A stretch of 43,366 bases of DNA from a candidate division WOR-3 bacterium (GTDB taxonomy: Bacteria > Hydrothermota > Tepidihabitantia > B36-G15), in assembly GCA_003645615.1 (NCBI GenBank), contig QNBE01000002.1:1-43366 (forward strand), written 5' to 3'. The translations under genes were made by a program, and so were the position numbers. A model generated the notes under the pieces. The model was not told the origin of the DNA, did no database searches, and worked only from the letters and a program-made list of their open reading frames with translations. This document shows positions 18,806-28,252 of the stretch, piece after piece (positions within the stretch are counted from its first letter, which is position 1; the number at the start of each line of letters is the position of its first letter).

Positions 18806-19860
18806 ATCCCACTCCCTTCGGGATAGAGTAGCTCATACCTTCCGAAACCGTAACGGTCGATGAAGATGAACTTCAGATTCCGATTATAATAATACCAGAT
18901 CTCATAGGCCCGGGTTGCTGCCTCAAAGGGATGGCTTTCGATCTCATCGGGTGGACCATATTTGATATAGATCTTCCCCCGATCGCTCCGCCAACCGAGA
19001 TCGCCCATCTTGAAATTCTCCTCCGCATATCTAATCCGGGCGAGATACTCCTCCTTCAGCTCATTCTCCTCGGTGCCCGGTGTCGGATCACGACTCTTCC
19101 AGAACTCTTCATAGGCCTGGCGTCGCTTCTTGGGATCCCTTATCTTCTTCATCCGGCTCAGTTCCTCGGGGGTGGCGATATACATCAGTTGATCCACCGC
19201 TTCATTATACTTAGCATCTGAAAAATAGAAAGGGACGGTTAGGTGAAATTTGAGGATATCTTCCTCCCGATCATAACCGAAGGCAGTGAGCCGAAGCTCA
19301 TAATCACCCTCTTTAAGCTCACTTAGGGGGAGCAGGATGGTATCGATACCGGGGTTAACCGGGTGAGAGCTCTCCCTTCTCAAGGTCCTTCCATCCCGAA
19401 CGATGGCGTAGCTTAGGGAGTCGAGCCGGGTACGGATGGCGAAGATAAGCAGGACCGTGTCGGTGATGTTGAACTCTCCAGCCACTACCTTCCCATCCTT
19501 CTCAAACCTGATTCTCTCCAAAAGAAGAGAAGGATTTACTCGGCGCTGGGCGGAAAAGATCCGGCCCATCTTCTCCGCCAGTACCACGATCTGGAATCCG
19601 GAGGCCCGAGGGGGGATGGGGAGGGCAATCGAGTCATAATAGGTCCTCAATGTTCCCCGGACCGTCTTCTGCCAGAAGTCACCACCAAGTCGATCCCTGC
19701 CATCCTGGAAGGTGAGCTCAATCTCATAGGAGGCCCGCCACTCTCCATCTTTAATAAAATGGAGCTCATCCCGATCGATCGAATAGATGATCGAAAGCCA
19801 CCTCTTACCATCAACCCATTTCTCGAAATGGCTGAATCGAAAGGCGATGAGAATAATCAG
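18802..19860 (-). CDS. GWxTD-family (GWxSD variant) protein, probable non-canonical start
   Basis: FWKSRDPTPGT.ENE, RIRYAEENF, GWRSDRGKIYIKYGPPD; frame stays open 70 codons upstream of the track's TTG 19650 to a CTG overlapping the lon TGA. Confidence 0.85.
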   Translation of the reverse strand: MIILIAFRFSHFEKWVDGKRWLSIIYSIDRDELHFIKDGEWRASYEIELTFQDGRDRLGGDFWQKTVRGTLRTYYDSIALPIPPRASGFQIVVLAEKMGRIFSAQRRVNPSLLLERIRFEKDGKVVAGEFNITDTVLLIFAIRTRLDSLSYAIVRDGRTLRRESSHPVNPGIDTILLPLSELKEGDYELRLTAFGYDREEDILKFHLTVPFYFSDAKYNEAVDQLMYIATPEELSRMKKIRDPKKRRQAYEEFWKSRDPTPGTEENELKEEYLARIRYAEENFKMGDLGWRSDRGKIYIKYGPPDEIESHPFEAATRAYEIWYYYNRNLKFIFIDRYGFGRYELLYPEGSGI

Positions 19861-22196
19861 GACGATCGTTTCCTCCGGAAGATAATCCTTGCCGCCTCGT
19901 CGATCCTCTTTACGAAGTAGAATTTGAGTCCTTTTCGGATGTGGGCAGGAATCTCCATCAGATCCTTCTGATTAACCTCGGGCATGATGATCCGGTTGAT
20001 TCCAGCCCGCTTGGCCGCAATCACCTTCTCCCTAACCCCTCCCACTGGAAGGACCCTTCCGGTGAGGGTTAATTCTCCAGTCGATGCGATCTTGGGATCG
20101 ATCGGCTGATTACGCAGTAGGGAGAGGAGGGAGAGGGCGATCGTAAGACCGGCGGAAGGGCCGTCCTTTGGGATCGCGCCCTTCGGCACATGGATGTGGA
20201 TATCGCTCTTATCAAAGAAGTCATGGTTGATCCCAAATTGCTCTGCTTTAGAGCGGATATAAGATAGTGCCGCCTGGGCCGACTCCTTCATCACATCACC
20301 CAAAGAGCCGGTAAGCTGAAACCTACCCTTGCCAGGCATCCGGATCGATTCGATGAAGAGGATCTCACCTCCAGTCGGGGTCCAGGCCAGTCCGGTCGCA
20401 ACGCCCACTTCCCCTTTCCTCGCGGCCAGTTCCGAGTAGAAGCTGGGTGGTCCAAGATAGCGAACGATATCGGCCTTCTCCACCTTCTTCTTGACCTTCC
20501 GATTCTGGGCGATCTGGGTGGCGATCTTCCTCATGATCGCACCGATCGCCCGCTCTAAGTTTCTTACCCCGGCTTCCATGGTATACTGGGTGATGATCGT
20601 TTTGATCGCATCCTCGGTGATCTCAACCGGAAAATCCTTAAGGCCGTTCTCCTCCCTCTGTCTCGGGATCAGGAACCGTTTGGCGATCTCCAGCTTCTCC
20701 TCCAAGATGTAGCCGGGGAGGTGGATGATCTCCATCCGATCCCGGAGTGCCGGGATAATTGTGTCGGTAATGTTGGCGGTGGCGATGAACATAACCCTGG
20801 AGAGATCAAATGGGACCTCAAGGTAGTGGTCGGAGAAGGCAAAATTCTGCTCCGGATCCAGGACCTCAAGCAGAGCGGCCGAGGGATCGCCTCTAAAATC
20901 GGCGCCGATCTTATCGATCTCATCGATCATGAAGATCGGATTGTTGGTACCCGCCGTCTTTATCCCCTGGATGATCCTACCGGGGAGGGCACCGACATAA
21001 GTCCTCCGATGGCCCCTGATCTCGGCCTCATCCCTTACCCCTCCCAAGGAGATCCGGACGAACTTCCTTCCTAAGGCCCGGGCAATCGATCGACCCAAGG
21101 AGGTCTTACCGACACCTGGAGGACCGACAAAACAGAGGATCGGTCCTTTGGAATCCGGTTTCAGCTTCCGGACCGCAAGGAACTCTAAGATCCGCTCCTT
21201 CACCCTCTTGAGATCGTAATGGTCCTCATCGAGGATCCGCTTTGCCCTCCGGATGTCGAGATTGTCTTTGGTCGACCTGGACCAGGGGAGATTGATAAGC
21301 CAGTCGAGATAGGTCCTGACCACGGTATACTCAGCCGCCTGGACCGGGATCTTGGCCAGGCGATCGATCTCCTTTAGGGCTACCTTCTCCACCCCTTCCG
21401 GCATCCCGGCCGCAGCCACTTTTTCCTTGAGCTCATTGATCTCGGCGGTCCGTTCATCATACTCCCCCAGCTCCTTCTGGATCGCCTTGAGCTGCTCCCG
21501 GAGGTAGAACTCCCTCTGCCCCTTGTCCAGTTCGCTCTTGACCTGGGAGCGGATCTTGGCACCCAGCTCTAAAATCGAGATCTCCTTGGAAAGAAGAGGG
21601 ATGATCCGCTCCAACCTCTCCTTGGGATCGATCGTCTCCAGAATCATCTGTTTATCACCGATCTCGAAGTTGGTATAGGTGGCGACAAAGTCGGCCAGCT
21701 TGCTGGGATCATCGATATTCATAACCACGGTCGAGAGCTCATCCGGGAGATAGGGGGCAATCGATACCAACTGCTGGAACATGGCGATGACATTTCTCAT
21801 ATTCGCCTCTAAGGCCATCGACTTGCGGTAGGACTCGCTGATCTCCTCAACCTCGGCAACGAGATAGGGCTCTTCCTTGATAAACTTTTTGATCCGGACC
21901 CGTTTTATCCCCTGAACCAGGAGCCGGATCGAACCATCGGGAAACCGGAGCATCCTCAAAATCTGAGTGGCGGTGGCGATCCGGTAGAGTTCATCTGGTT
22001 TCGGATCCTCGGTCTCCTGATTCCTCTGGGCCACTGCCACCACGATCTTCTCACCGGCTAAGGCATCGTCGATGAGTTTTATCAACCTCGGGGTCTGGAC
22101 GACGATCGGGGTGACATGGCCCGGGAAGATAACCCCACCCCTGATGGTAAGCACACCCAGTTCCTTTGGTATGGTCGGTTTCTCTTCAGCCATCAC
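19857..22196 (-). CDS. lon: ATP-dependent protease La (LonA)
   Basis: GPPGVGKTS, RGHRRTYVGALPG, DEIDK, PKDGPSAG (catalytic Ser), GGVREK. Confidence 0.98.
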   Translation of the reverse strand: MMAEEKPTIPKELGVLTIRGGVIFPGHVTPIVVQTPRLIKLIDDALAGEKIVVAVAQRNQETEDPKPDELYRIATATQILRMLRFPDGSIRLLVQGIKRVRIKKFIKEEPYLVAEVEEISESYRKSMALEANMRNVIAMFQQLVSIAPYLPDELSTVVMNIDDPSKLADFVATYTNFEIGDKQMILETIDPKERLERIIPLLSKEISILELGAKIRSQVKSELDKGQREFYLREQLKAIQKELGEYDERTAEINELKEKVAAAGMPEGVEKVALKEIDRLAKIPVQAAEYTVVRTYLDWLINLPWSRSTKDNLDIRRAKRILDEDHYDLKRVKERILEFLAVRKLKPDSKGPILCFVGPPGVGKTSLGRSIARALGRKFVRISLGGVRDEAEIRGHRRTYVGALPGRIIQGIKTAGTNNPIFMIDEIDKIGADFRGDPSAALLEVLDPEQNFAFSDHYLEVPFDLSRVMFIATANITDTIIPALRDRMEIIHLPGYILEEKLEIAKRFLIPRQREENGLKDFPVEITEDAIKTIITQYTMEAGVRNLERAIGAIMRKIATQIAQNRKVKKKVEKADIVRYLGPPSFYSELAARKGEVGVATGLAWTPTGGEILFIESIRMPGKGRFQLTGSLGDVMKESAQAALSYIRSKAEQFGINHDFFDKSDIHIHVPKGAIPKDGPSAGLTIALSLLSLLRNQPIDPKIASTGELTLTGRVLPVGGVREKVIAAKRAGINRIIMPEVNQKDLMEIPAHIRKGLKFYFVKRIDEAARIIFRRKRSS

Positions 22197-22594
22197 CCCT
22201 CCTCGATTGGAATCTCATACTCCACCGGTCGGATCCGCTTCAGTTCGATAGTGAGAACTCCCTGTTCAAAGGTTGCGGTCATCCGATGGGGATCAACCGG
22301 ACACGGGAAATAGATCCTCCTTTCAAATGGGCCATAATCGATCTCTAAGTTATAGAAGCTGATCCCCCGGCGGGAGCGGGCCGGGCGATGTCTTATCCCC
22401 TCAATATAGAGGCCATTTCGAGAGAGGGAGACCGAGAGGTCGGCTTTGTTCACCCCGGGTAGCTCGATCTCGATGATGAGATCCTCTTCGGTGAGATAGA
22501 TATCCGCCTTCGGTGTCCAGCGGACCGCTGCCGGGGTTGGTGTACCGATCACCAACTCATCGAAGATATGGAAGATATCATCGATCGGATTCAA
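22193..22594 (-). CDS. Hsp20/alpha-crystallin small heat shock protein
   Basis: WTPKADIY, ELPGV, EIDYGPFER, ATFEQGVLTI; TTG 22594 preceded by GGAGG (the track start 22639 coincides with the -35 box). Confidence 0.93.
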   Translation of the reverse strand: MNPIDDIFHIFDELVIGTPTPAAVRWTPKADIYLTEEDLIIEIELPGVNKADLSVSLSRNGLYIEGIRHRPARSRRGISFYNLEIDYGPFERRIYFPCPVDPHRMTATFEQGVLTIELKRIRPVEYEIPIEEG

Positions 22595-22611
22595 ACTTAC
22601 CTCCAGAATTA

Positions 22612-22671
22612 AGGATAGCGAAATGGGGTTCTTTGTCAATCCTTGACAGAATCTACCGACCGGGTTAGGAT
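22612..22671. promoter_or_regulatory. Back-to-back divergent sigma70 promoters (minus TTGACA-16-TATCCT; plus TTGACA-17-TAGGAT)
   Basis: TGTCAA-tcc-TTGACA at 22634-22648; -10 boxes at 22612-22617 and 22666-22671. Confidence 0.72.
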
Positions 22672-22696
22672 TGCTTAAGCTTCCTTAGGAGGTGCG

Positions 22697-23980
22697 ATGA
22701 GTAAATACCCGAAATGGCTGATCCCTCTTTTTATTATTGCCACCTCCTGTGGCAAGGGGATCGGCATCCCCGAGCTCTTAGATCCCACCGGTGGAGAGAC
22801 GGTCTCATTGCCGGTGACCTTTATCTGGACATCGGTCGAGAATGCCAAAGGCTATGCGATTGAGATCGACACCACTACCGCCTTTGAGAATCCGATCATC
22901 TCGGCCGAGGTGGACGAGACCACCCATACGGTCACGAATCTCGATACATTAAAGTATTACTGGCGGGTCTCCTCCATCGATGAGAATGGAGAGAAGGGAG
23001 ACTTCTCCGATCCAGACTCATTCATCGTCCAGGGCAGCGCCTATCCCAGAAATCTCATCACCACCATCCAGCTCCCCGGTGAATACCCGGCGACGATCGA
23101 TATCACACCGGATGGCTCCGAGTTATGGGTCGGTTACTGGGGCCAGACCGATACCATCGTCACGGTGATCGCCACCGCCACCAATCAGATTACCCATGAG
23201 ATCACAACGACGAATCCCGGTAATGACCTGGGTGAACTCCGGATCTCCGCCGATGGCAACCATGCCTACTTCTGCGGGGTCTGGGATATGGACAGTTCCG
23301 GCCTCATCGAACTCTCGACCTCAAGCTATCGCCAGATCAGGATGATGGGTTATCCCTCCGGTTCTCCTCCGGTTAAGCAGGGGCCGGATGGCCCGGGCAT
23401 CGCTCTGGGTAAGGACTATGTCTATGCAGCTCACATGGCAACGGTAGATGACGGCTATATCACCAGGATCGATCTTGCCAGTGGATCCCCGATCGACAGT
23501 CTCCATATGAGCTGGATCGCCGATGTCGATCTCAATCACGCCGGGACCAGACTCTATGCGGTGGGGGAAGAAGATTCGCTCTATGAAATTGACCCCGCCA
23601 CCCTCACTGTAACCAGACAGATCGGAGTCGGCTATGCTCCTCACCGTCTGGTCATCACCGGTGATGATCGCTATGCCTTTGTCACCGGTGACAGCATCTA
23701 TGTCGTCGATCTCAACACTTTCACCGTGGTTAAGAAGTTCGATCCCGACATCTCCGCCGAAGGGCTGAAGCTCACCCCAGATGAGAACTATCTTTATATT
23801 ACTGATGGTGGGAGCAACTATATCGATATCTATGATGTCTCTGATCCGACCGATCCTACTCTGGTAGAAAAGCTCCAATTTCCTCAGGCCGGATCATTCA
23901 ATGAGCTTGTCTTCAACAAGGATGGCTCTCGCGCCTACATCATCGAGGAGAGTGGAGATATCTTTGTCTTGGGCAAGTAG
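22697..23980 (+). CDS. Lipoprotein with Fn3-like domain and YVTN/YncE-type beta-propeller
   Basis: Lipobox ATSC; YYWRVSSID (Fn3-like); repeats ITPDGSELWV, ISADGNHAY, LNHAGTRLYA, ITGDDRYAFV, FNKDGSRAY; AGGAGGT RBS. Confidence 0.85.
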   Translation: MSKYPKWLIPLFIIATSCGKGIGIPELLDPTGGETVSLPVTFIWTSVENAKGYAIEIDTTTAFENPIISAEVDETTHTVTNLDTLKYYWRVSSIDENGEKGDFSDPDSFIVQGSAYPRNLITTIQLPGEYPATIDITPDGSELWVGYWGQTDTIVTVIATATNQITHEITTTNPGNDLGELRISADGNHAYFCGVWDMDSSGLIELSTSSYRQIRMMGYPSGSPPVKQGPDGPGIALGKDYVYAAHMATVDDGYITRIDLASGSPIDSLHMSWIADVDLNHAGTRLYAVGEEDSLYEIDPATLTVTRQIGVGYAPHRLVITGDDRYAFVTGDSIYVVDLNTFTVVKKFDPDISAEGLKLTPDENYLYITDGGSNYIDIYDVSDPTDPTLVEKLQFPQAGSFNELVFNKDGSRAYIIEESGDIFVLGK

Positions 23981-23987
23981 TTAGATC

Positions 23988-24017
23988 TACCCGGCCCCGT
24001 TTAGTCGGGGCCGGGTA
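23988..24017 (+). terminator. GC-rich 12-bp hairpin after the lipoprotein gene
   Basis: TACCCGGCCCCG-TTTAGT-CGGGGCCGGGTA; no real U-tract. Confidence 0.6.
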
Positions 24018-24111
24018 AGTTCATGCTTGACCTTCCGAACAATTGACCAAAAGAGGAGGTGGTTATGAAAAGTCCCGTGATTCTTATCTTTATGATTACA
24101 ACCGACCATCC

Positions 24112-24684
24112 ATGGAACTGAAGCGGGTAATTGCCTGGCGGCGGAGTGTCCGGAGGTTCCAGGCCCGACCGATCCCCAAGGAGATCCTGATCGAGATCCT
24201 CGATGCGGCCCGTTTGGCCCCCTCATCCTCCAACTCCCAGCCCTGGCATTTTATCGTCGTCGACCGATCCGACCTGATCGAGAGAATCGCATCCTCGGCC
24301 CCGATCGGGACGAGATCGATTATATCCTGGGCCAGAGATGCCGCAGCTATTATCGTCTGCTGTTATAGGAAGCGGATCACCCACCACTTAGCCGGTCTCT
24401 TCGGCCATGACAACCATCTGATCGACCTCGCCATTGCCACCGATCATCTCGTCCTTCGGGCCACCGACCTCGGGATCGGATCTTGCTGGATTGGCTGGTT
24501 TAATGAGTCAAGGATAAGAAAAATCCTCGCCATCCCGAGAGGGTATCGGATCGGGGTCTTGGTTGCCCTCGGTTATCCCGAACAGCCGTCCAATGAGAAA
24601 GGGATCGGTGGTATAGAAGCAAGACCGAGAAAACCGCTTTCTGAGATCACCTCATATAATCTTTTTTCCGATCCCTTCATCTAA
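24112..24684 (+). CDS. Nitroreductase family protein
   Basis: RRSVRRF, AARLAPSSSNSQPWHFIVV, LGIGSCWIG, LGYP; start set to ATG 24112 (MELKRVI). Confidence 0.93.
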   Translation: MELKRVIAWRRSVRRFQARPIPKEILIEILDAARLAPSSSNSQPWHFIVVDRSDLIERIASSAPIGTRSIISWARDAAAIIVCCYRKRITHHLAGLFGHDNHLIDLAIATDHLVLRATDLGIGSCWIGWFNESRIRKILAIPRGYRIGVLVALGYPEQPSNEKGIGGIEARPRKPLSEITSYNLFSDPFI

Positions 24685-24689
24685 GGAAC

Positions 24690-24717
24690 TTGAATCCGGG
24701 AGCGGAATCACTATTAT
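24690..24717 (+). promoter_or_regulatory. Promoter TTGAAT-16-TATTAT, probably giving a leaderless nfeD mRNA
   Basis: -10 box ends 6 nt before ATG 24724; no SD. Confidence 0.55.
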
Positions 24718-24723
24718 TCTTTG

Positions 24724-25953
24724 ATGCCGACAATTCTCATCTTTACCACCATCTTTATCGCCCGGTTCAAAGGGCCGATCGGACCGGTTGCTGCCGACTA
24801 TCTCACCGGAGCGATCGAGCTGGCCCAGGACGGTAGCTGTCTCATTATCGAACTGGATACCCCGGGTGGAGATGATCAGTCAATGCGGGAGATCATCCAG
24901 GCGATTCTAAATGCTCAAGTCCCGGTCTGTGTCTATGTCTACCCCTCTGGAGCTCGGGCGGCATCAGCCGGTGCCCTCATCCTCCTTGCCTCTCATATTG
25001 CGGCTATGGCACCGGGGACCAATGCTGGGGCCGCCCACCCGGTCCAGATGTTTGGTGAGAAGATCGATTCGATCATGCTCGAGAAGGTGACCAACGATGC
25101 TGCCGCTTATGCGATATCCCTTGCCGACCGGAGGGGGAGGAACCGGAGGTGGGCTGAAGATATCGTCCGCAAGAGCATCTCCACCCCGGCTCGAGAAGCG
25201 GTTAAGATCGGCGCAGTCGATCTTCTGGCTGGAAGTGAAACAGATCTGATTGAGAAGCTTGATGGGTATGAGGTGAAGGTCGATAATGAGAAAAAACGCA
25301 TCACCACCAGGGATGAACCGATCCATAGAATTCCGATGTCGGTAAAGCACAAATTCCTCCTCATTCTTACCAATCCCGGTATTGTCTACTTCCTGCTTTT
25401 GATCGGGATTTATGGTATCTTCTTCGAGCTACAGAATCCCGGAGCGATCTTTCCCGGTGTAGTCGGTGCCATCGCCTTCATCCTCTTCTTCTATGCCTCA
25501 CGCCTCCTGCCGATCAACTATGCGGGTGTTGCCCTGATTATCCTGGCCGCGATCCTCTTTATCTTAGAACTTCAGATCACCTCCCATGGTCTCCTCACCG
25601 TTGGTGGAATCATCGCCTTTGTCCTCGGTTCGATTATGCTCTTCGAATCCGATGTCCCCTATCTTAGGACCTCAATATCCCTTATCATCTTTGCCACTGT
25701 TGTCACCGGCCTCTTCTTTCTACTTATTGTTGGTCTTGGGATCAAGGCCCAGTTCAGGAAGCCCCAGACCGGTAGAGAAGGGATGGTCGGCCTGATCGGA
25801 GTAGCCAAAACCAGGATCCGGCCGACCGGAACCGTCCTGGTCCACGGTGAATTGTGGCAGGCAGAAAGTGATGAGGTGATCAAACCAGGCGAAAAGGTCA
25901 TCGTTGTGGAGATGAAGGAGGGGATGGTCCTGAAGGTTAAGAAGAAGGCGTGA
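24724..25953 (+). CDS. Long-form NfeD membrane-bound ClpP-like serine protease
   Basis: ELDTPGG, ARAASAG, AMAPGTNAGAAHPV, TM bundle, C-terminal OB-fold (GTVLVHGELWQAES). Confidence 0.93.
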   Translation: MPTILIFTTIFIARFKGPIGPVAADYLTGAIELAQDGSCLIIELDTPGGDDQSMREIIQAILNAQVPVCVYVYPSGARAASAGALILLASHIAAMAPGTNAGAAHPVQMFGEKIDSIMLEKVTNDAAAYAISLADRRGRNRRWAEDIVRKSISTPAREAVKIGAVDLLAGSETDLIEKLDGYEVKVDNEKKRITTRDEPIHRIPMSVKHKFLLILTNPGIVYFLLLIGIYGIFFELQNPGAIFPGVVGAIAFILFFYASRLLPINYAGVALIILAAILFILELQITSHGLLTVGGIIAFVLGSIMLFESDVPYLRTSISLIIFATVVTGLFFLLIVGLGIKAQFRKPQTGREGMVGLIGVAKTRIRPTGTVLVHGELWQAESDEVIKPGEKVIVVEMKEGMVLKVKKKA

Positions 25954-26618
25954 TCATCCTCCTCTTCCTCCTCCCGATTACTGATTCGATCGCACCAGCC
26001 GATCCGGTTGCCGGAGATGGAAGGTGGCGGATCGGCCTTCTCATTGAGAATCGCTTTCTGCTCAAAGAGCTCTCCGGTAGCAAGCTCTCTCTCTATGGAA
26101 GGGGCTTCCGTTTCTTGGTCTCCGGTTTTGGACTCGGCCCCCTCCAGATCTACCAGCTTAGGATTGCCTACTCTTTCTCTCTTATCGAACCGCTTGATCT
26201 CGGCTATGGTATTGCCACCCATCTCTACCGGTTTGACGATGGCAACTCCCATCTCGGTCTCGGGATCGATCTCGGTCTCGGTTATACCGATGAGCTCATC
26301 ACCGTTCGACTCTCCTCTCTCGATCTCAACCGACCCCGGCTCACCCCAATCGATGAGATCCGCCCGGGATACCACCTCAAGCTCAGGGTAGGAAAGAACC
26401 CCCAATTTCATTTCAAACTCACCCATCGGACCAATTTCAGCATCTACTCCGGATTCACCCTATCCCTCCCCCCGCCCCTCTCGCTCTCCCTCGGTTTTAA
26501 TACCGAACCGAGGGAGCTCTCATTTGGGTTCTCCATTATTACCAGACCGGAGATCTATTACACGGGATCGATCCACTCCACCCTTGGCCTCTCCCACCAG
26601 ATCGGGATCAGGATATGA
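25950..26618 (+). CDS. Hypothetical OM beta-barrel-like protein
   Basis: Short hydrophobic N-terminus, amphipathic strands, ENRFLLKEL and HSTLGLSHQIG motifs; coupled to neighbours. Confidence 0.6.
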   Translation: MIILLFLLPITDSIAPADPVAGDGRWRIGLLIENRFLLKELSGSKLSLYGRGFRFLVSGFGLGPLQIYQLRIAYSFSLIEPLDLGYGIATHLYRFDDGNSHLGLGIDLGLGYTDELITVRLSSLDLNRPRLTPIDEIRPGYHLKLRVGKNPQFHFKLTHRTNFSIYSGFTLSLPPPLSLSLGFNTEPRELSFGFSIITRPEIYYTGSIHSTLGLSHQIGIRI

Positions 26619-28252
26619 GCCTCCTATTCATCTTTCTCACCCTTGAGGAGCTGGAGTTGGAGCGGCCCATCGAGGAGTCCTCCTACCTCACCCAGCTCGA
26701 GTATCTTGCTCAGCATCCGATTGATCCCAACCAGGCCAAGATCGAGGACTGGCTTCTGATCCCTTTCATCTCGCCGGTTGAGGCCTACCGATTGGTTGAA
26801 GGAAAGGGGAGCTATCAGAGCCTTGAGGATCTGAGGCAGGCCGGTCTCGACCGGGACCGGATCGCAATGCTCAGACCTTTTGTCCGGATCGGGAAAGAGA
26901 TCAAAAGGTCCCACTCCGATATCCGGCTCCGTTATCAGCTCTTCAATCCAGAATCCTTATCCGATTCTCGACTCTATACCCGAACCCAGTTCCAAGGCGA
27001 GAAAATCCGGCTCTTCCTCACCACGGAGAAGGATCCCTATGAGCGCTCCTACCTCGACTATCTGGGCGGTGGTATCCTGATCAGGCAGGGAAGACTTACG
27101 GGCGCTATTGGCCGCTATCATCTGGAACTGGGGGAAGGTCTTCTCCTCGGGCCAGAACCATTCGACTTTCTCAGGGACTATGACTTCCAATCGCCCCGGC
27201 GGGGTATCATCCCTTATCCAGGGGTTGGTGAGAATTACGGCCTCTTCGGGGTCGCCCTCTCCTATCGAGGGTTTATCGGCTTCTATTCCAATTATCGGCT
27301 CGATGGATCGGTTCGCAACGATACCATCCGTGGGATTGACTATCAAGGTCTCCATACCGATTCTGCCTCTTTGGCCAATCGGGATCGGCTAAGAGAGGTT
27401 GTCTATGGCCTTGGCTATCAACTCGGTCTCGGAGACGATATTATCGGGATCAAGGGCTATCGGCTCCGATATCGACCCGGGATCTATCCGGAAGATTCCC
27501 TCCCTTTCTATGGCGAGGATTTGAATCTCTGGGCCATCGATCTTCGCCGCTATGGTCACCTGGGTGAGCTCTTCTTCGAAGGCGGTTTCTCGGGCCGAAG
27601 CTTTGGTCTCATCGGCGGTTTTATCGCTCGAATCGGTGAGCTCGGTCTCTCCGGAACCTGGAGCCACTACCCACCAGATTTCTACTCCCCCCATGGTGGG
27701 ATCGTCGAACCGGGAAGGGATCTTCTAACCGCAAATATCGGGCTTATAAGATCCGAGTATCGGATTGGTCTAAGGAGTTGCTATCGATATCGGATCGATG
27801 ATGAGAGCGAGTATTATGATCTGAGGCCATACCTCAACTACCACCTCCCACCATTCCGTTCGGAGTTAGAACTCCGCTATCGATTCGGTTCCATCCCGAG
27901 CTATGAACGGGGAGCTTCCTTCCGATTCACCTATCGGCTCTCTAAGCTAAGGCTGAGGCTCCGGATTGTGGATCGGACCTATCCGGATGAACCCACCGGT
28001 CTCTATGGAGGGGTAGAGATCACCATCTTCCACCGTTATTACCGTCTCACCCTCGGCTACGGCCGATATTCTGCTCCCGGACCTATCTATATCTATCAAC
28101 CCGATCTTCCAGGAAGATTTAATACCTTGGTTCTCTCCGGATCAGGTCAGGAGTATTATCTTATCATCGGACTGAAACCATTAATCGGGATGAAATTCTA
28201 TCTCAAACTATCAAACCGGGTCTTCGGGCTTCAGACCGACCTTACTTTCTAA
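26615..28252 (+). CDS. ComEA-like helix-hairpin-helix domain fused to a beta-barrel
   Basis: PIDPNQA..EDWLLIPFISPVEA..LV...GSYQSLEDL (HhH), EKDPYE, GRYHLELGEGLLL; C-terminal Phe. Confidence 0.75.
   Translation: MSLLFIFLTLEELELERPIEESSYLTQLEYLAQHPIDPNQAKIEDWLLIPFISPVEAYRLVEGKGSYQSLEDLRQAGLDRDRIAMLRPFVRIGKEIKRSHSDIRLRYQLFNPESLSDSRLYTRTQFQGEKIRLFLTTEKDPYERSYLDYLGGGILIRQGRLTGAIGRYHLELGEGLLLGPEPFDFLRDYDFQSPRRGIIPYPGVGENYGLFGVALSYRGFIGFYSNYRLDGSVRNDTIRGIDYQGLHTDSASLANRDRLREVVYGLGYQLGLGDDIIGIKGYRLRYRPGIYPEDSLPFYGEDLNLWAIDLRRYGHLGELFFEGGFSGRSFGLIGGFIARIGELGLSGTWSHYPPDFYSPHGGIVEPGRDLLTANIGLIRSEYRIGLRSCYRYRIDDESEYYDLRPYLNYHLPPFRSELELRYRFGSIPSYERGASFRFTYRLSKLRLRLRIVDRTYPDEPTGLYGGVEITIFHRYYRLTLGYGRYSAPGPIYIYQPDLPGRFNTLVLSGSGQEYYLIIGLKPLIGMKFYLKLSNRVFGLQTDLTF

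Noticed and set aside
22560-22700. CIRCE/HrcA operator before hsp20-lon
   Set aside because: No TTAGCACTC-N9-GAGTGCTAA match
25659-26426. 255-aa antisense ORF
   Set aside because: Shadow of nfeD and the coupled barrel gene; no motifs
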